DNA of 48,680 bases from Armatimonadota bacterium (GTDB lineage: Bacteria; Vulcanimicrobiota; JACPDS01; JBDRKI01), in contig JBDRKI010000069.1 of the NCBI GenBank assembly GCA_043814095.1, forward strand, positions 1 through 48,680. The letters are read 5' to 3'. The position numbers and the translations under genes are program-made. The notes beneath the pieces are model-generated. The model was not told the DNA's origin. It saw nothing but the letters and a program-made list of their open reading frames with translations, and ran no database searches. This document shows, one piece after another, positions 8,745 through 17,983 of this stretch (position 1 is its first letter; the number at the start of each line of letters is the position of its first letter).

Positions 8745-9986
8745 ATGCCCGTAAATATTGATCTTGTATGTGTAAAATGCGGCAGGGAATATACTCCTAA
8801 AGAAGTGAAATATACCTGTATAAAATGCGGCAATGACGGTCTTTTAGACATATTTTATGATTACAATCAGATTAAGAAGAAGATAAAGAAAATCAATCTT
8901 AAGAAAAACCCAGACAGAAGCATAGCCAGGTATGATTTTATTCTCCCCGTAAAATCAAAAGATCTGCTTCCCCAGATTAAAGTAGGGGGAACCCCTATTA
9001 TAAAAAGTACAAGGTTAAATAATTTTTTTAATCTCAAAAATTTGTATATAAAAGATGATACCAGGAACCCCACGGCTTCTTTTAAGGACAGGGCAAGCGC
9101 CGTAGCCGTCGCCAAAGCGCGGGAGTTCGGGTACAAAACCTTAACCTGTGCTTCCACCGGCAATGCCGCATCATCAATGGCGGGCATGTGCGCGGCTCAG
9201 GGATTGAAAGCAAAAATATTCGTGCCGAAAACGGCGCCCGAAGCTAAAGTTGCCCAGCTCCTTATTTACGGCGCGGAAGTTTTTATGGTAAAAGGGACAT
9301 ATGACGAGGCTTTTGATTTCTGTCTGGAGGTTTCAAAAAAGTACCCCTGGTACAACAGGAATACGGGATACAATCCGTATCTTCTTGAAGGCAAGAAAAC
9401 CTGCGCGATGGAGATATGCGAGCAGTTTGATTTTAATGTGCCCGATAAAGTTATTGTTTCGGTGGGTGACGGTTGCATAATAGGGGGGATATATAAAGGT
9501 TTTTACGATTTTTATAAACTGGGCTGGATAGATAAGATACCCCAGATTATAGGGGTGCAGGCGGAAGGTTCATCCCCGCTTGTAAAAGCCTTTAACGGAA
9601 ACAGGGATGTTATACCGGAGAAAGCCGAAACACTTGCTGATTCAATATGTGTTGGACATCCCCGGGCCGCGGGGCAGGCATTAAAAGGTGTTAGAAACTC
9701 CAAGGGTTTTATGGTATCTGTAAAAGACAAAGAGATTCTTGATGCCATAAAGATACTTGCAAGACAATCAGGCATTTTTGCAGAACCCGCAGGCGCCGCT
9801 TCTATAGCCGGACTAAAGAAGCTGGTAAAAGAGAAAAAGATAAAACAGAACGAGAAAGTCGTTGTTATAATAACAGGCCACGGGTTAAAGGATATAAAGA
9901 CAGCGCTAAGCACTGTAAACGCAAAGCCTCATATTATCAATCCAAGCATGAAAGAGCTTCAAAAGGCATTAAAAGGGAAGTCTTAA
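8745..9986 (+). CDS. thrC: Threonine synthase (PLP fold II)
   Basis: N-terminal CxxC...CxxC, NPTASFKDR, ASTGNAA, EGKKT, VGDG, EPAGAA, ITGHGLKD. Confidence 0.93.
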   Translation: MPVNIDLVCVKCGREYTPKEVKYTCIKCGNDGLLDIFYDYNQIKKKIKKINLKKNPDRSIARYDFILPVKSKDLLPQIKVGGTPIIKSTRLNNFFNLKNLYIKDDTRNPTASFKDRASAVAVAKAREFGYKTLTCASTGNAASSMAGMCAAQGLKAKIFVPKTAPEAKVAQLLIYGAEVFMVKGTYDEAFDFCLEVSKKYPWYNRNTGYNPYLLEGKKTCAMEICEQFDFNVPDKVIVSVGDGCIIGGIYKGFYDFYKLGWIDKIPQIIGVQAEGSSPLVKAFNGNRDVIPEKAETLADSICVGHPRAAGQALKGVRNSKGFMVSVKDKEILDAIKILARQSGIFAEPAGAASIAGLKKLVKEKKIKQNEKVVVIITGHGLKDIKTALSTVNAKPHIINPSMKELQKALKGKS

Positions 9987-10595
9987 TCTAAATTTAGGAA
10001 ACAGCTTCCTTATATTCCATCTTGATTTGCCTTTACCGATTCTGGCTTTTTCGGCAAATTTCCCGCTTTTTACGCCAGCTGGTTCTTTGCGGATTGATGC
10101 GGGAACAACCGGAGGTTCTATACTTTTGTTATAATTGGGGAAAGAATGTTTCTGTGCTATTCTATGAATATTTTTTGTTATATGGCCTTCTTCATTAAGC
10201 AGTTTTCCATGAGCAGCATCTGCTAATTCCCAGCAAATAAATTTTGCTATTTTTCTGCTTAAAACAAAGGATGATCGTGCAGGATCATTATTGAATAATC
10301 GTTTGAAAAAATTTCCACCAGCTGAATCTGAATTTTTTGCAGCAGTTATTAAGCGGGACTCTACATCTTTAACGAGTGCTTGAAAATCCGGATGTTTAGG
10401 TTGATCTGTTACTTTTGAGAATCTGGTTAGCATTCCTTTAAAGGCAGCATCGGATTCTTTAGCCATGCTAATTTTTTGCAGTAGGAATCTTACAAATTTG
10501 TTTGTTTCCTTAAATAATGCTGAATTTGTATCAATACCTCCCTTTAAAGAGGCAGCTGCCTGTTCTAATTTAGCCGCTCTAACGGTACCTCCCAT
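9969..10595 (-). CDS. Hypothetical protein (208 aa)
   Basis: SD AAGGGGG; TATAAT at 10648-10643; 18-nt convergent overlap with thrC; no family recognised. Confidence 0.6.
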   Translation of the reverse strand: MGGTVRAAKLEQAAASLKGGIDTNSALFKETNKFVRFLLQKISMAKESDAAFKGMLTRFSKVTDQPKHPDFQALVKDVESRLITAAKNSDSAGGNFFKRLFNNDPARSSFVLSRKIAKFICWELADAAHGKLLNEEGHITKNIHRIAQKHSFPNYNKSIEPPVVPASIRKEPAGVKSGKFAEKARIGKGKSRWNIRKLFPKFRLRLPF

Positions 10596-10658
10596 GATGT
10601 CCCCCTTAATATTTAAAATATTCCTATTATCAGGATAACATAATTATATCTCAAAGTT

Positions 10659-10675
10659 GTTAACAAAATGTTAAC
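10659..10675. promoter_or_regulatory. GTTAAC-N5-GTTAAC box, copy 1
   Basis: GTTAACAAAATGTTAAC, 10 nt upstream of a minus-strand TATAAT. Confidence 0.6.
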
Positions 10676-11588
10676 TTTTTCTCCCTTTTAAGGTATATAC
10701 CGCAACGGGTTTAACGGTTAACCGCTTTTTCGCGGCGGGTATTACTTCTTTTTCTATTAAGCCGTAAAGCCACGGATCCATCTGTTTTAGCCGCATTTTT
10801 TCTTCTTTTGTGCCGAAATACATCTGGAGGCCTGAAACAAGCATCTCGGAAGCGTTTTTGGGCGCGTAACTGAAATGATCAATCATGTCTTCAAAATCCA
10901 GATAGCATTTGTCAGTGTATTTATATGACCAGCATCCGTATTCATTCATTATTTTTTTTGTACTTTCAGGATTTAATTCATGATTTTCTTTATAATTTCT
11001 GTAGATTTCATCGTGGGCTTTTTGCAGGTTGTTCATATATTTCAAGGCGATCTGGGTAAGCTTGCCGTTTTTTTTGCCCTTCTTTTTATATTTTTTATCT
11101 AGGCAACCGCTTAACGCGGATATTTCCCCGCCGGCGTCTTTTAAAATTAAACCGTCTATCGCATGCATAATCTCATGGGATACGGCTTCTTTTAAACTGG
11201 AATGGCTGAAAGCATCATATCTGTTTAAAAGTATCAATATCCTGTCGGGGTATTCAGGAGTACATGATGCGGCGGCCCTTTCATATTCGGATTTGTCTTC
11301 TTTGAAGAAATCATCGTCTTTAAATTTTATTATTCCTATTTCAAAATCCGATTTCATTAATAAATTATAGCCGTCTTTCCATCTTTTATACAGATCTAAA
11401 AAAGGAGGCAGTATAACTTTTTCTATAAAGGCATCGCTGTTGGGTTCTTCTTCTTCAATGGTTTTAAGTGTTGTTATTCTGCCTTCTAAATCCCGCAAGA
11501 CGTTCTTTTTATCTTCTTTGGAATAACTGATTATATTTGAAGTATAAACTTCATTGAAAGATAAGTTATTTATATTATAAATATCCAT
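10671..11588 (-). CDS. Putative zinc metallopeptidase (HExxH; LF/PPEP/MtfA-like)
   Basis: HEIMHAID plus downstream YAPKNASE and LKQMDPWLY. Confidence 0.65.
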   Translation of the reverse strand: MDIYNINNLSFNEVYTSNIISYSKEDKKNVLRDLEGRITTLKTIEEEEPNSDAFIEKVILPPFLDLYKRWKDGYNLLMKSDFEIGIIKFKDDDFFKEDKSEYERAAASCTPEYPDRILILLNRYDAFSHSSLKEAVSHEIMHAIDGLILKDAGGEISALSGCLDKKYKKKGKKNGKLTQIALKYMNNLQKAHDEIYRNYKENHELNPESTKKIMNEYGCWSYKYTDKCYLDFEDMIDHFSYAPKNASEMLVSGLQMYFGTKEEKMRLKQMDPWLYGLIEKEVIPAAKKRLTVKPVAVYTLKGRKS

Positions 11589-11641
11589 ATTATCATCCTA
11601 TTACCTTTATAACCAGCATAACATAACAATATTGCCAGAAT

Positions 11642-11669
11642 ATTAACAAAATGTTAACTTTCTGTTAAC
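11642..11669. promoter_or_regulatory. GTTAAC-N5 box, copy 2 (three half-sites)
   Basis: ATTAAC-AAAAT-GTTAAC-TTTCT-GTTAAC; half-sites at 11642, 11653, 11664. Confidence 0.6.
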
Positions 11670-11695
11670 TTTTTATCCCTTTTATTACCATATAT

Positions 11696-11723
11696 TTGAC
11701 ATTTAAATTTAAAGTGATAATAT
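11696..11723 (+). promoter_or_regulatory. Sigma-70/A promoter of GNAT-luxE-luxC operon
   Basis: TTGACA (11696-11701), 16 bp spacer, TGn-TAATAT (11718-11723). Confidence 0.6.
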
Positions 11724-11790
11724 ATTTGCGGGCAATAGCTTAATAAAGTATAATATAGGATAGATAAAAACAATTATAAGGGCAGAAAAT

Positions 11791-12969
11791 ATGGCTAAAT
11801 ATAATAAAAAAATAAAGCTTGAAGGCGGTAAAGAGATTATCCTGCGCCAGGCCGATGTAGGCGATATGGATGAGATCAAGCACCTTTATTATACCGTTTA
11901 CGGCGGTAAATACACTCTTCCCGAGATAAATGACAGCGATAAGATGAAATGGATTATAAATGATTCAAATTATTTCTGGCTTGTCGGTGAAGATAACGGG
12001 GAGATAGTTTCATCAGTTATTGCCGTTGTTGAGCCGGATCACAGGATCGGCAAAGTATTTGCCGGCGTTGTCCATCCCGATTTCAGGGGGCATAAACTTT
12101 TAAAGACAAAAATTAAAATTGTCAATGATGTCCTGCTTGATGAACAGGATAAATGCGACCTTGTTTACGCGGTTGTAAGGACATTTGCGCCCCTGAGCCT
12201 GCATGAAGACCTGCACAGTCTGGGTTACGTTGATCTTGGCATATTTCCCAATGTAAGGAAAGTGCAGAGTTATGAAACGCATGGCTTAAAAGCTTATTAC
12301 AAAAAAGGGACCCTCGCCATGAGAAAAGCGCCTCCCTGCCTTATCCCTTCCGCAAATAATATTTATGAGATTACAAGAGAAAAACTTTCAATTGATCCGG
12401 CGCAGATTGATGAAACTAAGCCTGATATGCCGGAAAGGTCAAATCTTGAAGCTGACAGGTTATACATAGAAAAAAGCCCTGAAGTGGAATGGGAGTATTA
12501 CGAGAAAAGGAAAAAGGGCAAGCTTTCCTGCGACTTTTTCCCGCTTCATTATCCCCAGATTAAACTTTACACAAAAGATAAGAAGTCCCATGTATACATA
12601 CATTTCCTGGCGATTGACGGGCACGCGTCCATTATGGGGTTCAGAACGGATCAGGATCCGGTGCTTTTCTTAAACTTTGTATGTGAATATTTAGAATCAA
12701 TGGGGGTAAAGTATCTGGAGATTGTGGCGCCTGCGTATGATTCTGTTATGCAGAACCGGCTTTATCTTGCTAACTTTCTGCCGTGCGCGTATTTTCCGGC
12801 GTTTTCTTTTGGAATGGACGGGAAAAGATATGATCATATAGTTTTCTGCAGGAATTTTGTCCCTTTGAATTTTCAGGGGATGCATTTTTTCTCTGAAGCC
12901 AAGGCTTACGCCAAGGCGTTTTATAAAAATTACAGCGATAAGCTGTGGGGGGATTTAGAGGGTGCATAA
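11791..12969 (+). CDS. GNAT-family acyltransferase with long C-terminal domain
   Basis: IILRQA..D; acetyl-CoA-binding motif VVHPDFRGHKL; LGY..LG. Confidence 0.8.
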   Translation: MAKYNKKIKLEGGKEIILRQADVGDMDEIKHLYYTVYGGKYTLPEINDSDKMKWIINDSNYFWLVGEDNGEIVSSVIAVVEPDHRIGKVFAGVVHPDFRGHKLLKTKIKIVNDVLLDEQDKCDLVYAVVRTFAPLSLHEDLHSLGYVDLGIFPNVRKVQSYETHGLKAYYKKGTLAMRKAPPCLIPSANNIYEITREKLSIDPAQIDETKPDMPERSNLEADRLYIEKSPEVEWEYYEKRKKGKLSCDFFPLHYPQIKLYTKDKKSHVYIHFLAIDGHASIMGFRTDQDPVLFLNFVCEYLESMGVKYLEIVAPAYDSVMQNRLYLANFLPCAYFPAFSFGMDGKRYDHIVFCRNFVPLNFQGMHFFSEAKAYAKAFYKNYSDKLWGDLEGA

Positions 12970-14074
12970 AAATAATGTAGATGTTCTCTGCGGCGATAAT
13001 GCTGCTTTTTTATTGGATTCAAATCACGATAACATGTTTTTAAAGGCGATGAAAGACGCCTTTTCTTTTCATTACTTACATCTTCCCGTGTATAAAAAGT
13101 ACTGCGATAATTACGGGTTTACCCCCAAAGATTTAAAAAAATACGGCGATCTTAATAAAATGCCTTTTATCTTTGTTAATGTTTTTAAGCAGAAGAAGCT
13201 TTTAACCGTTAAAGATAAAGATGTGCAGATGATAATAACGTCATCGGGCACGGGAGGCAGAAAATCCTATATGTACCTGGATAATATAAGTTTGAGGAGA
13301 ATCATAAAGATAATTTACAATATTTACAATGACTTCGGCATGTATAACAGATCTCAAAAAACCAATTACCTTTGTTTTACTTATGACCCGCTTTATGCGG
13401 CTGACGTAGGCACGGCTTTTTCCGACAAATTATTAGCAACATTAACTTTAATCAATAAGATATACTACTCTATAGAGTTTGATAAAAGAATTAAAGATTT
13501 CAGGCTTAACAAAGAAAAGTCCCTGAAAGTTTTAAAAGATTACGAGCAGGATGGATTGCCCGTAAGGATATTGGGGCTTCCCGCTTTTTTATATGAAGTT
13601 ATTAAAGATTTAGGCAAGGGCTTTAAGTTAAGCAGGAAAAGTCATATCATTATAGGCGGCGGGTGGAAAACCCTTAAGGATAAAGAGATTCCCAAAGATG
13701 AGTTCAGAGCGCTTATTGAGGAGAAATTAGGGATGCCCAAAGAAAATATAAGGGATTTATACGGGCTTGTTGAGCACGGGGTTCCTTATTCGGAGTGTGA
13801 ATATGCCAATATGCATGTAAGCATATACTCAAGGGTGATTATAAGGGATCCCGGCACGCTTAAAGTTTTGCCTCCCGGGAAAACCGGGTTAATACAGCTC
13901 CAGACACCCTATATAAATACCATACCGGCTATCTCCATTTTGACGGGGGATATGGGAGTTCTTCATTATGACTGCCCCTGCGGAAGAAAAAGCCCTGTTT
14001 TAAAACTTATGGGAAGAGGCGGCGTCCATAAACATAAAGGGTGCGCGATAACAGCGCTGGATATTTTAAAATAA
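12962..14074 (+). CDS. luxE: Acyl-protein synthetase, LuxE family
   Basis: TSSGTGG, GGGWK, IRDLYGLVEH, ILTGDMG, C-terminal GRGG...KGC; GTG start overlaps the GNAT stop. Confidence 0.88.
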   Translation: MHKNNVDVLCGDNAAFLLDSNHDNMFLKAMKDAFSFHYLHLPVYKKYCDNYGFTPKDLKKYGDLNKMPFIFVNVFKQKKLLTVKDKDVQMIITSSGTGGRKSYMYLDNISLRRIIKIIYNIYNDFGMYNRSQKTNYLCFTYDPLYAADVGTAFSDKLLATLTLINKIYYSIEFDKRIKDFRLNKEKSLKVLKDYEQDGLPVRILGLPAFLYEVIKDLGKGFKLSRKSHIIIGGGWKTLKDKEIPKDEFRALIEEKLGMPKENIRDLYGLVEHGVPYSECEYANMHVSIYSRVIIRDPGTLKVLPPGKTGLIQLQTPYINTIPAISILTGDMGVLHYDCPCGRKSPVLKLMGRGGVHKHKGCAITALDILK

Positions 14075-14106
14075 AAAGCACGAAAAAATAGCGCAAGGAA
14101 AGAATT

Positions 14107-16791
14107 ATGCATACTCATTTTGTATTCGGTGAATTTATAGAAACAGAAGATTATGTAAGTTTAAAAGAGCTTAACGGCATATTAAGCAGGGCGGAAAAGT
14201 TAAGAGACAATATGCCTGCTGTCGGCATTGATGATATTATAGAGATACTTCATAAGACAGGTTTAAGATGGCTCCGTAAAAGCTATCACCTGCGCAAGAA
14301 AGCGTTAAAGCTTATGCCAGGCATTGTGGGTTTTTCCGCTGAGATGGCGGCCGAAGCCATAAACCAGATGGCACAGAGCTTGAATGAGAAAAACTTAAAA
14401 AGAAAGATAAGAATACAGTTAAGGGACAGGTATCTTCTTGATAAATTTATCTTCCAGCTCAAAGAAAGAAATTATTTAAAACTCCAGAGTTTAGGCATTG
14501 TGTCGCATATAAGCGCGGGCAATGTGTTTGCGGGGCCCGTTGATTCCCTTGTTCAGGGAATTTTAACCAAGAACGTGAATGTCCTGAAATTATCGGCGGC
14601 AGATCCGGTGTTCCCGCTTCTTTTTCTGGAAAGCTTAAGAGAAGTTGATAAAGATAAAAAAATCATATCAACAATTGCCGCCGTTGCTTTTAAGGGCGGC
14701 ACAAAAGATATTGAGAAAGAGTTAAAGAAAAGGTCAGACTGCATTGTTGTATGGGGCGGCGATGAAACGGTTGAAAGCTACAGAAAAGAGCTTCCGGTAA
14801 AAACCTCACTTATTGAATACGGGCCGAAAATCAGTTTTTCGGTTTTAACCTGTGACGGATTAAAGAAAAAAGGCATGCCCCAGGCGGCAAAGCTTATAGC
14901 AAAAGATATAGTTATGTGGGAGCAGCGCGCCTGTTCTTCCCCCCAGGTAATTTATATAGAGAGCAAATGCAATAAAGCCATCGGCGCGTTTTTAGAAGCT
15001 TTAGCTTCCGAGCTTTCCGCTATTAAGAAAAATTATCCGTATCCCGAGCTTTCCTCTGATGAGAAAGTTGAAATAACAAAGGCCCGCCTTATATCCAAAA
15101 TGGATGAGGCTTTCGGCGAGTGCGAAGTTTTAGAATCGGATAAAGACCAGTCTTGGACGATAGTTTATGATAAGCAAGACAAAGAAAAACCTTCACCCCT
15201 TAACAGATTTATTTGTGTAAAGCCCTACGATGATATTAATAAGCTTGCCGGTAAATTGAAAAAGATAAGATATTATATGCAGACGGCTTCTGTTCTTGCT
15301 AACCCCAAAGAGTTTATGCATATTGTATCATGCCTTGTGTCTTCGGGTATTGACCGCGTTACTGAGATAGGGAAGATGAGTTCCGGCAAACCAGGCTCCC
15401 CGCATGACGGCAAATTTGAACTGGAACAGCTCCTTAGGTGGGTAAATATAGAGAGCCTGCCTGAAAGATTTGACATAATGAAAAATCTCCAGTATGAAGA
15501 AGTTAAAAAACCTGCGCTTTTCCACGCAATTTACGAAATATTTGATTTTTCAAGAAAGTTCTCCCCTTTTTATAAAAATCTGTATAAGGGCAGGGAGATT
15601 AAAACATGGGATGATTTTTACAGCCTTCCCGTTATTGACAAGCATGATTTATACAAGAATACGCCTCCTAAGAGAAATAAACTTCTTACTGGTTCTCTTT
15701 CAGAGAGCTATATATTTTCATCGGGTGGAACAACAGGCGCTCCCAAATTCAGCTTTTATACTTATGAAGAATTTGAACAGGTAACCGATATCCTGACAGA
15801 TACGTACCTTTCTGCCGGGATAAGGAATACCGATGTTGTGGCCAACCTTTTTGTCGCGGGAAACTTATGGGCTTCGTTTATGGCGGTAAACGCGGCACTC
15901 GAGAAAATAGGCTGTGTTACAATGCCCGTTGCAGGTAATTCCGACATGGATTCAATTATAAGTTTTCTTTCTTCTTTTAAGGCGAATGCTGTTTTAGGGC
16001 TTCCTTCCATTATCCTGCAGCTTGCCCATTATATAGAAGCAAAGAAGATCAAGAATATAAAAATAGAGAAGATACTTTACGGGGGCGAGCATTTTACGGT
16101 TGAGGCCAGGAAATATCTTAAGAAAGTACTGGGAACAAAAATAATAAGGTCGGCGGGCTACGCTTCGGTTGACGCCGGCCCCATAGGATACCAGTGCGAA
16201 CATACAAAAGACACCGTTCACCATGTTTTATCCGATTATGTGTATGTGCAGATAATAGATCCGGAAACTTTAAATCCTGTTCCCGTGGGTCAGACAGGAG
16301 AGATCACCGTTACTTTATTAAAAAGAAAATTCATGCCCCTTATAAAATACCGCACAGGGGATTCGGGGAGAATAATTGCCGAATCCTGCCACTGCGCAAG
16401 AGGCGATGTTCTTTTTGAACTTCTCGGAAGGTGCGATGATGTGGTAAGGGTGGGGAGCGTGAGTATTTACCCCCATGAGATAGAGCAGGCTTTCCGTGAT
16501 ATCCCGGGGCTAAGCCATATCTACCAGCTGGTTGCGGATACAAAAAGAAATAAAGACATACTTACGGTAAGAATAGAACTTAAAGATGACCGCAAAGTTG
16601 ATAAAAAAGCGTTAAGCGCCAGGATAAAAGATAATATTTTAAAACAGGATTTTGAACTTGCATGGGTGCTCCAGGAGCGCTGGCTTGAAGATTTGTTTGT
16701 TGAGATTCTGCCTCCCGGCAGAATACCGAGAACCGGCGCGGGCCAGAGGGGCAAGGTTAAAAGGGTAGTGGATAACAGGAAGATAAAATAA
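14107..16791 (+). CDS. luxC: Fusion of LuxC acyl-CoA reductase (N-terminal ~450 aa) and PaaK-like adenylate-forming ligase (C-terminal ~430 aa)
   Basis: N half: HISAGNV, WGGDE, EYGPKIS, QRACSSPQ, HDG. C half: SPFY, SSGGTTGAPK, GYASVD, YRTGD, GRCDD. Confidence 0.87.
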   Translation: MHTHFVFGEFIETEDYVSLKELNGILSRAEKLRDNMPAVGIDDIIEILHKTGLRWLRKSYHLRKKALKLMPGIVGFSAEMAAEAINQMAQSLNEKNLKRKIRIQLRDRYLLDKFIFQLKERNYLKLQSLGIVSHISAGNVFAGPVDSLVQGILTKNVNVLKLSAADPVFPLLFLESLREVDKDKKIISTIAAVAFKGGTKDIEKELKKRSDCIVVWGGDETVESYRKELPVKTSLIEYGPKISFSVLTCDGLKKKGMPQAAKLIAKDIVMWEQRACSSPQVIYIESKCNKAIGAFLEALASELSAIKKNYPYPELSSDEKVEITKARLISKMDEAFGECEVLESDKDQSWTIVYDKQDKEKPSPLNRFICVKPYDDINKLAGKLKKIRYYMQTASVLANPKEFMHIVSCLVSSGIDRVTEIGKMSSGKPGSPHDGKFELEQLLRWVNIESLPERFDIMKNLQYEEVKKPALFHAIYEIFDFSRKFSPFYKNLYKGREIKTWDDFYSLPVIDKHDLYKNTPPKRNKLLTGSLSESYIFSSGGTTGAPKFSFYTYEEFEQVTDILTDTYLSAGIRNTDVVANLFVAGNLWASFMAVNAALEKIGCVTMPVAGNSDMDSIISFLSSFKANAVLGLPSIILQLAHYIEAKKIKNIKIEKILYGGEHFTVEARKYLKKVLGTKIIRSAGYASVDAGPIGYQCEHTKDTVHHVLSDYVYVQIIDPETLNPVPVGQTGEITVTLLKRKFMPLIKYRTGDSGRIIAESCHCARGDVLFELLGRCDDVVRVGSVSIYPHEIEQAFRDIPGLSHIYQLVADTKRNKDILTVRIELKDDRKVDKKALSARIKDNILKQDFELAWVLQERWLEDLFVEILPPGRIPRTGAGQRGKVKRVVDNRKIK

Positions 16792-16826
16792 AAAGCAGAG
16801 GATTAAATTTTTAACCCCCTGCTTTT
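16791..16826. terminator. Probable bidirectional terminator between convergent genes
   Basis: AAAAGCAGAGGATTAA-ATTT-TTAACCCCCTGCTTTT imperfect stem with A/T tails. Confidence 0.7.
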
Positions 16827-16834
16827 AACTTAAT

Positions 16835-17305
16835 TTATTTGTCTAATACAACTTCACCCGAATTGGTTTTTCCTTTAATATAATTTAAGATTTCTTTGTG
16901 ATGAGGTGTTTTCTTGATCATTAAATCAAGGTATTTTTTGAATTTATCGCTTTCTTCTTTGGACAAATAGGTTAGATCAGATATTTCAAGATTGTCTGCT
17001 ACAGGGACGCCTGCGGTATGATAGAATTCGGTAAGCTTAATAACATTCCCATCTTTTTCCAGCTCATAGGTATAATTACTGTTTACGTTTAATGTTATGA
17101 ATGTTTTTCTGCTTTTGGACGTGTTAAGCTTTATATTCAGTGTTGCGCGGCCGTCTTCAAATGTATAGTTTACCGTATTTTCTTTCTTGATTTCTTCGAC
17201 GGATTGAACTTCATTTGTTTTTGTCTGTGCCAGGATATCCTTGGAAAGTCCCGTTTTGATGCTCCCTGTGAAGTTATTGAATAGTTTGCCAGTGATGGTA
17301 TTCAT
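16835..17305 (-). CDS. Hypothetical protein, paralog B of a tandem pair
   Basis: SD AGGGAGG; aligns with 17321-17767 (KKENTV, NYTY.LE.DGN.IKL..FYH, LSKEESDKFK.YL, TPHHK.ILNY, VVLDK). Confidence 0.8.
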   Translation of the reverse strand: MNTITGKLFNNFTGSIKTGLSKDILAQTKTNEVQSVEEIKKENTVNYTFEDGRATLNIKLNTSKSRKTFITLNVNSNYTYELEKDGNVIKLTEFYHTAGVPVADNLEISDLTYLSKEESDKFKKYLDLMIKKTPHHKEILNYIKGKTNSGEVVLDK

Positions 17306-17320
17306 AAAATCCTCCCTTTT

Positions 17321-17767
17321 TTATTTATCCAGTACAACTTTGCCCGGACTGGTTTTTTCTTTAACGTAGTTTAAGATTGTTTTATGATGAGGCGTTGCCT
17401 TAATCATTGAATTAAGATAGCTTTTAAACTTATCGCTCTCTTCTTTAGATAAGTCATTTTCATAAGATACTGTTTCGACATTATCATAAACAGCAACGAC
17501 CTTCTCATGATAAAAATCCTTTAATTTGATGATGTTCCCATCCTGCTCCAGCTTATAAGTATAATTGGCATTTATGGTCAATGTTATAAGGGCTTTCTTG
17601 TTTTTGGAAGAATCATACTGTATTTTTAAGGTTGCATTCCCGTCTGTCATTTTATATACGGTGTTTTCTTTTTTATTTTCTTTAACGGACTTAACGGTAT
17701 TTGTTTCTGATTGCGATAATATGCCTTTCAAATACCCTGTTTGTACGGCATTATTAATAATGTTCAT
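17321..17767 (-). CDS. Hypothetical protein, paralog A of a tandem pair
   Basis: SD AGGGGG; aligns with 16835-17305. Confidence 0.8.
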   Translation of the reverse strand: MNIINNAVQTGYLKGILSQSETNTVKSVKENKKENTVYKMTDGNATLKIQYDSSKNKKALITLTINANYTYKLEQDGNIIKLKDFYHEKVVAVYDNVETVSYENDLSKEESDKFKSYLNSMIKATPHHKTILNYVKEKTSPGKVVLDK

Positions 17768-17852
17768 AACGCCCCCTGGTTTTTAAATTTTGTTTCTTCC
17801 CGATCCTTTTATAAATTATATTCCAGTTCTGTTGCAGATGCAAGAAATTTTT

Positions 17853-17880
17853 GTTAACAAAATGTTAACTTTTTGTTAAC
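17853..17880. promoter_or_regulatory. GTTAAC-N5 box, copy 3 (three half-sites)
   Basis: GTTAAC-AAAAT-GTTAAC-TTTTT-GTTAAC; half-sites at 17853, 17864, 17875. Confidence 0.6.
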
Positions 17881-17983
17881 ATTTCCTCCCTTAAGGCGGC
17901 TTTATGCTTAAATAAAAAGGTATTTCTGGTTCTGTTTGGAAATCTTATCAAGGATCCAAATATTTAAAATAAGGGGGTTAACC

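Noticed and set aside
12962-16791. Bioluminescence operon
   Set aside because: No luxA, luxB or luxD in the window; LuxC is fused to a ligase and preceded by a GNAT.
17936-17983. Extended starts given in the ORF track (also 2677, 4470, 4741, 26543, 29487, 31402)
   Set aside because: Downstream codons have better SD spacing or coupling and match family N-termini.
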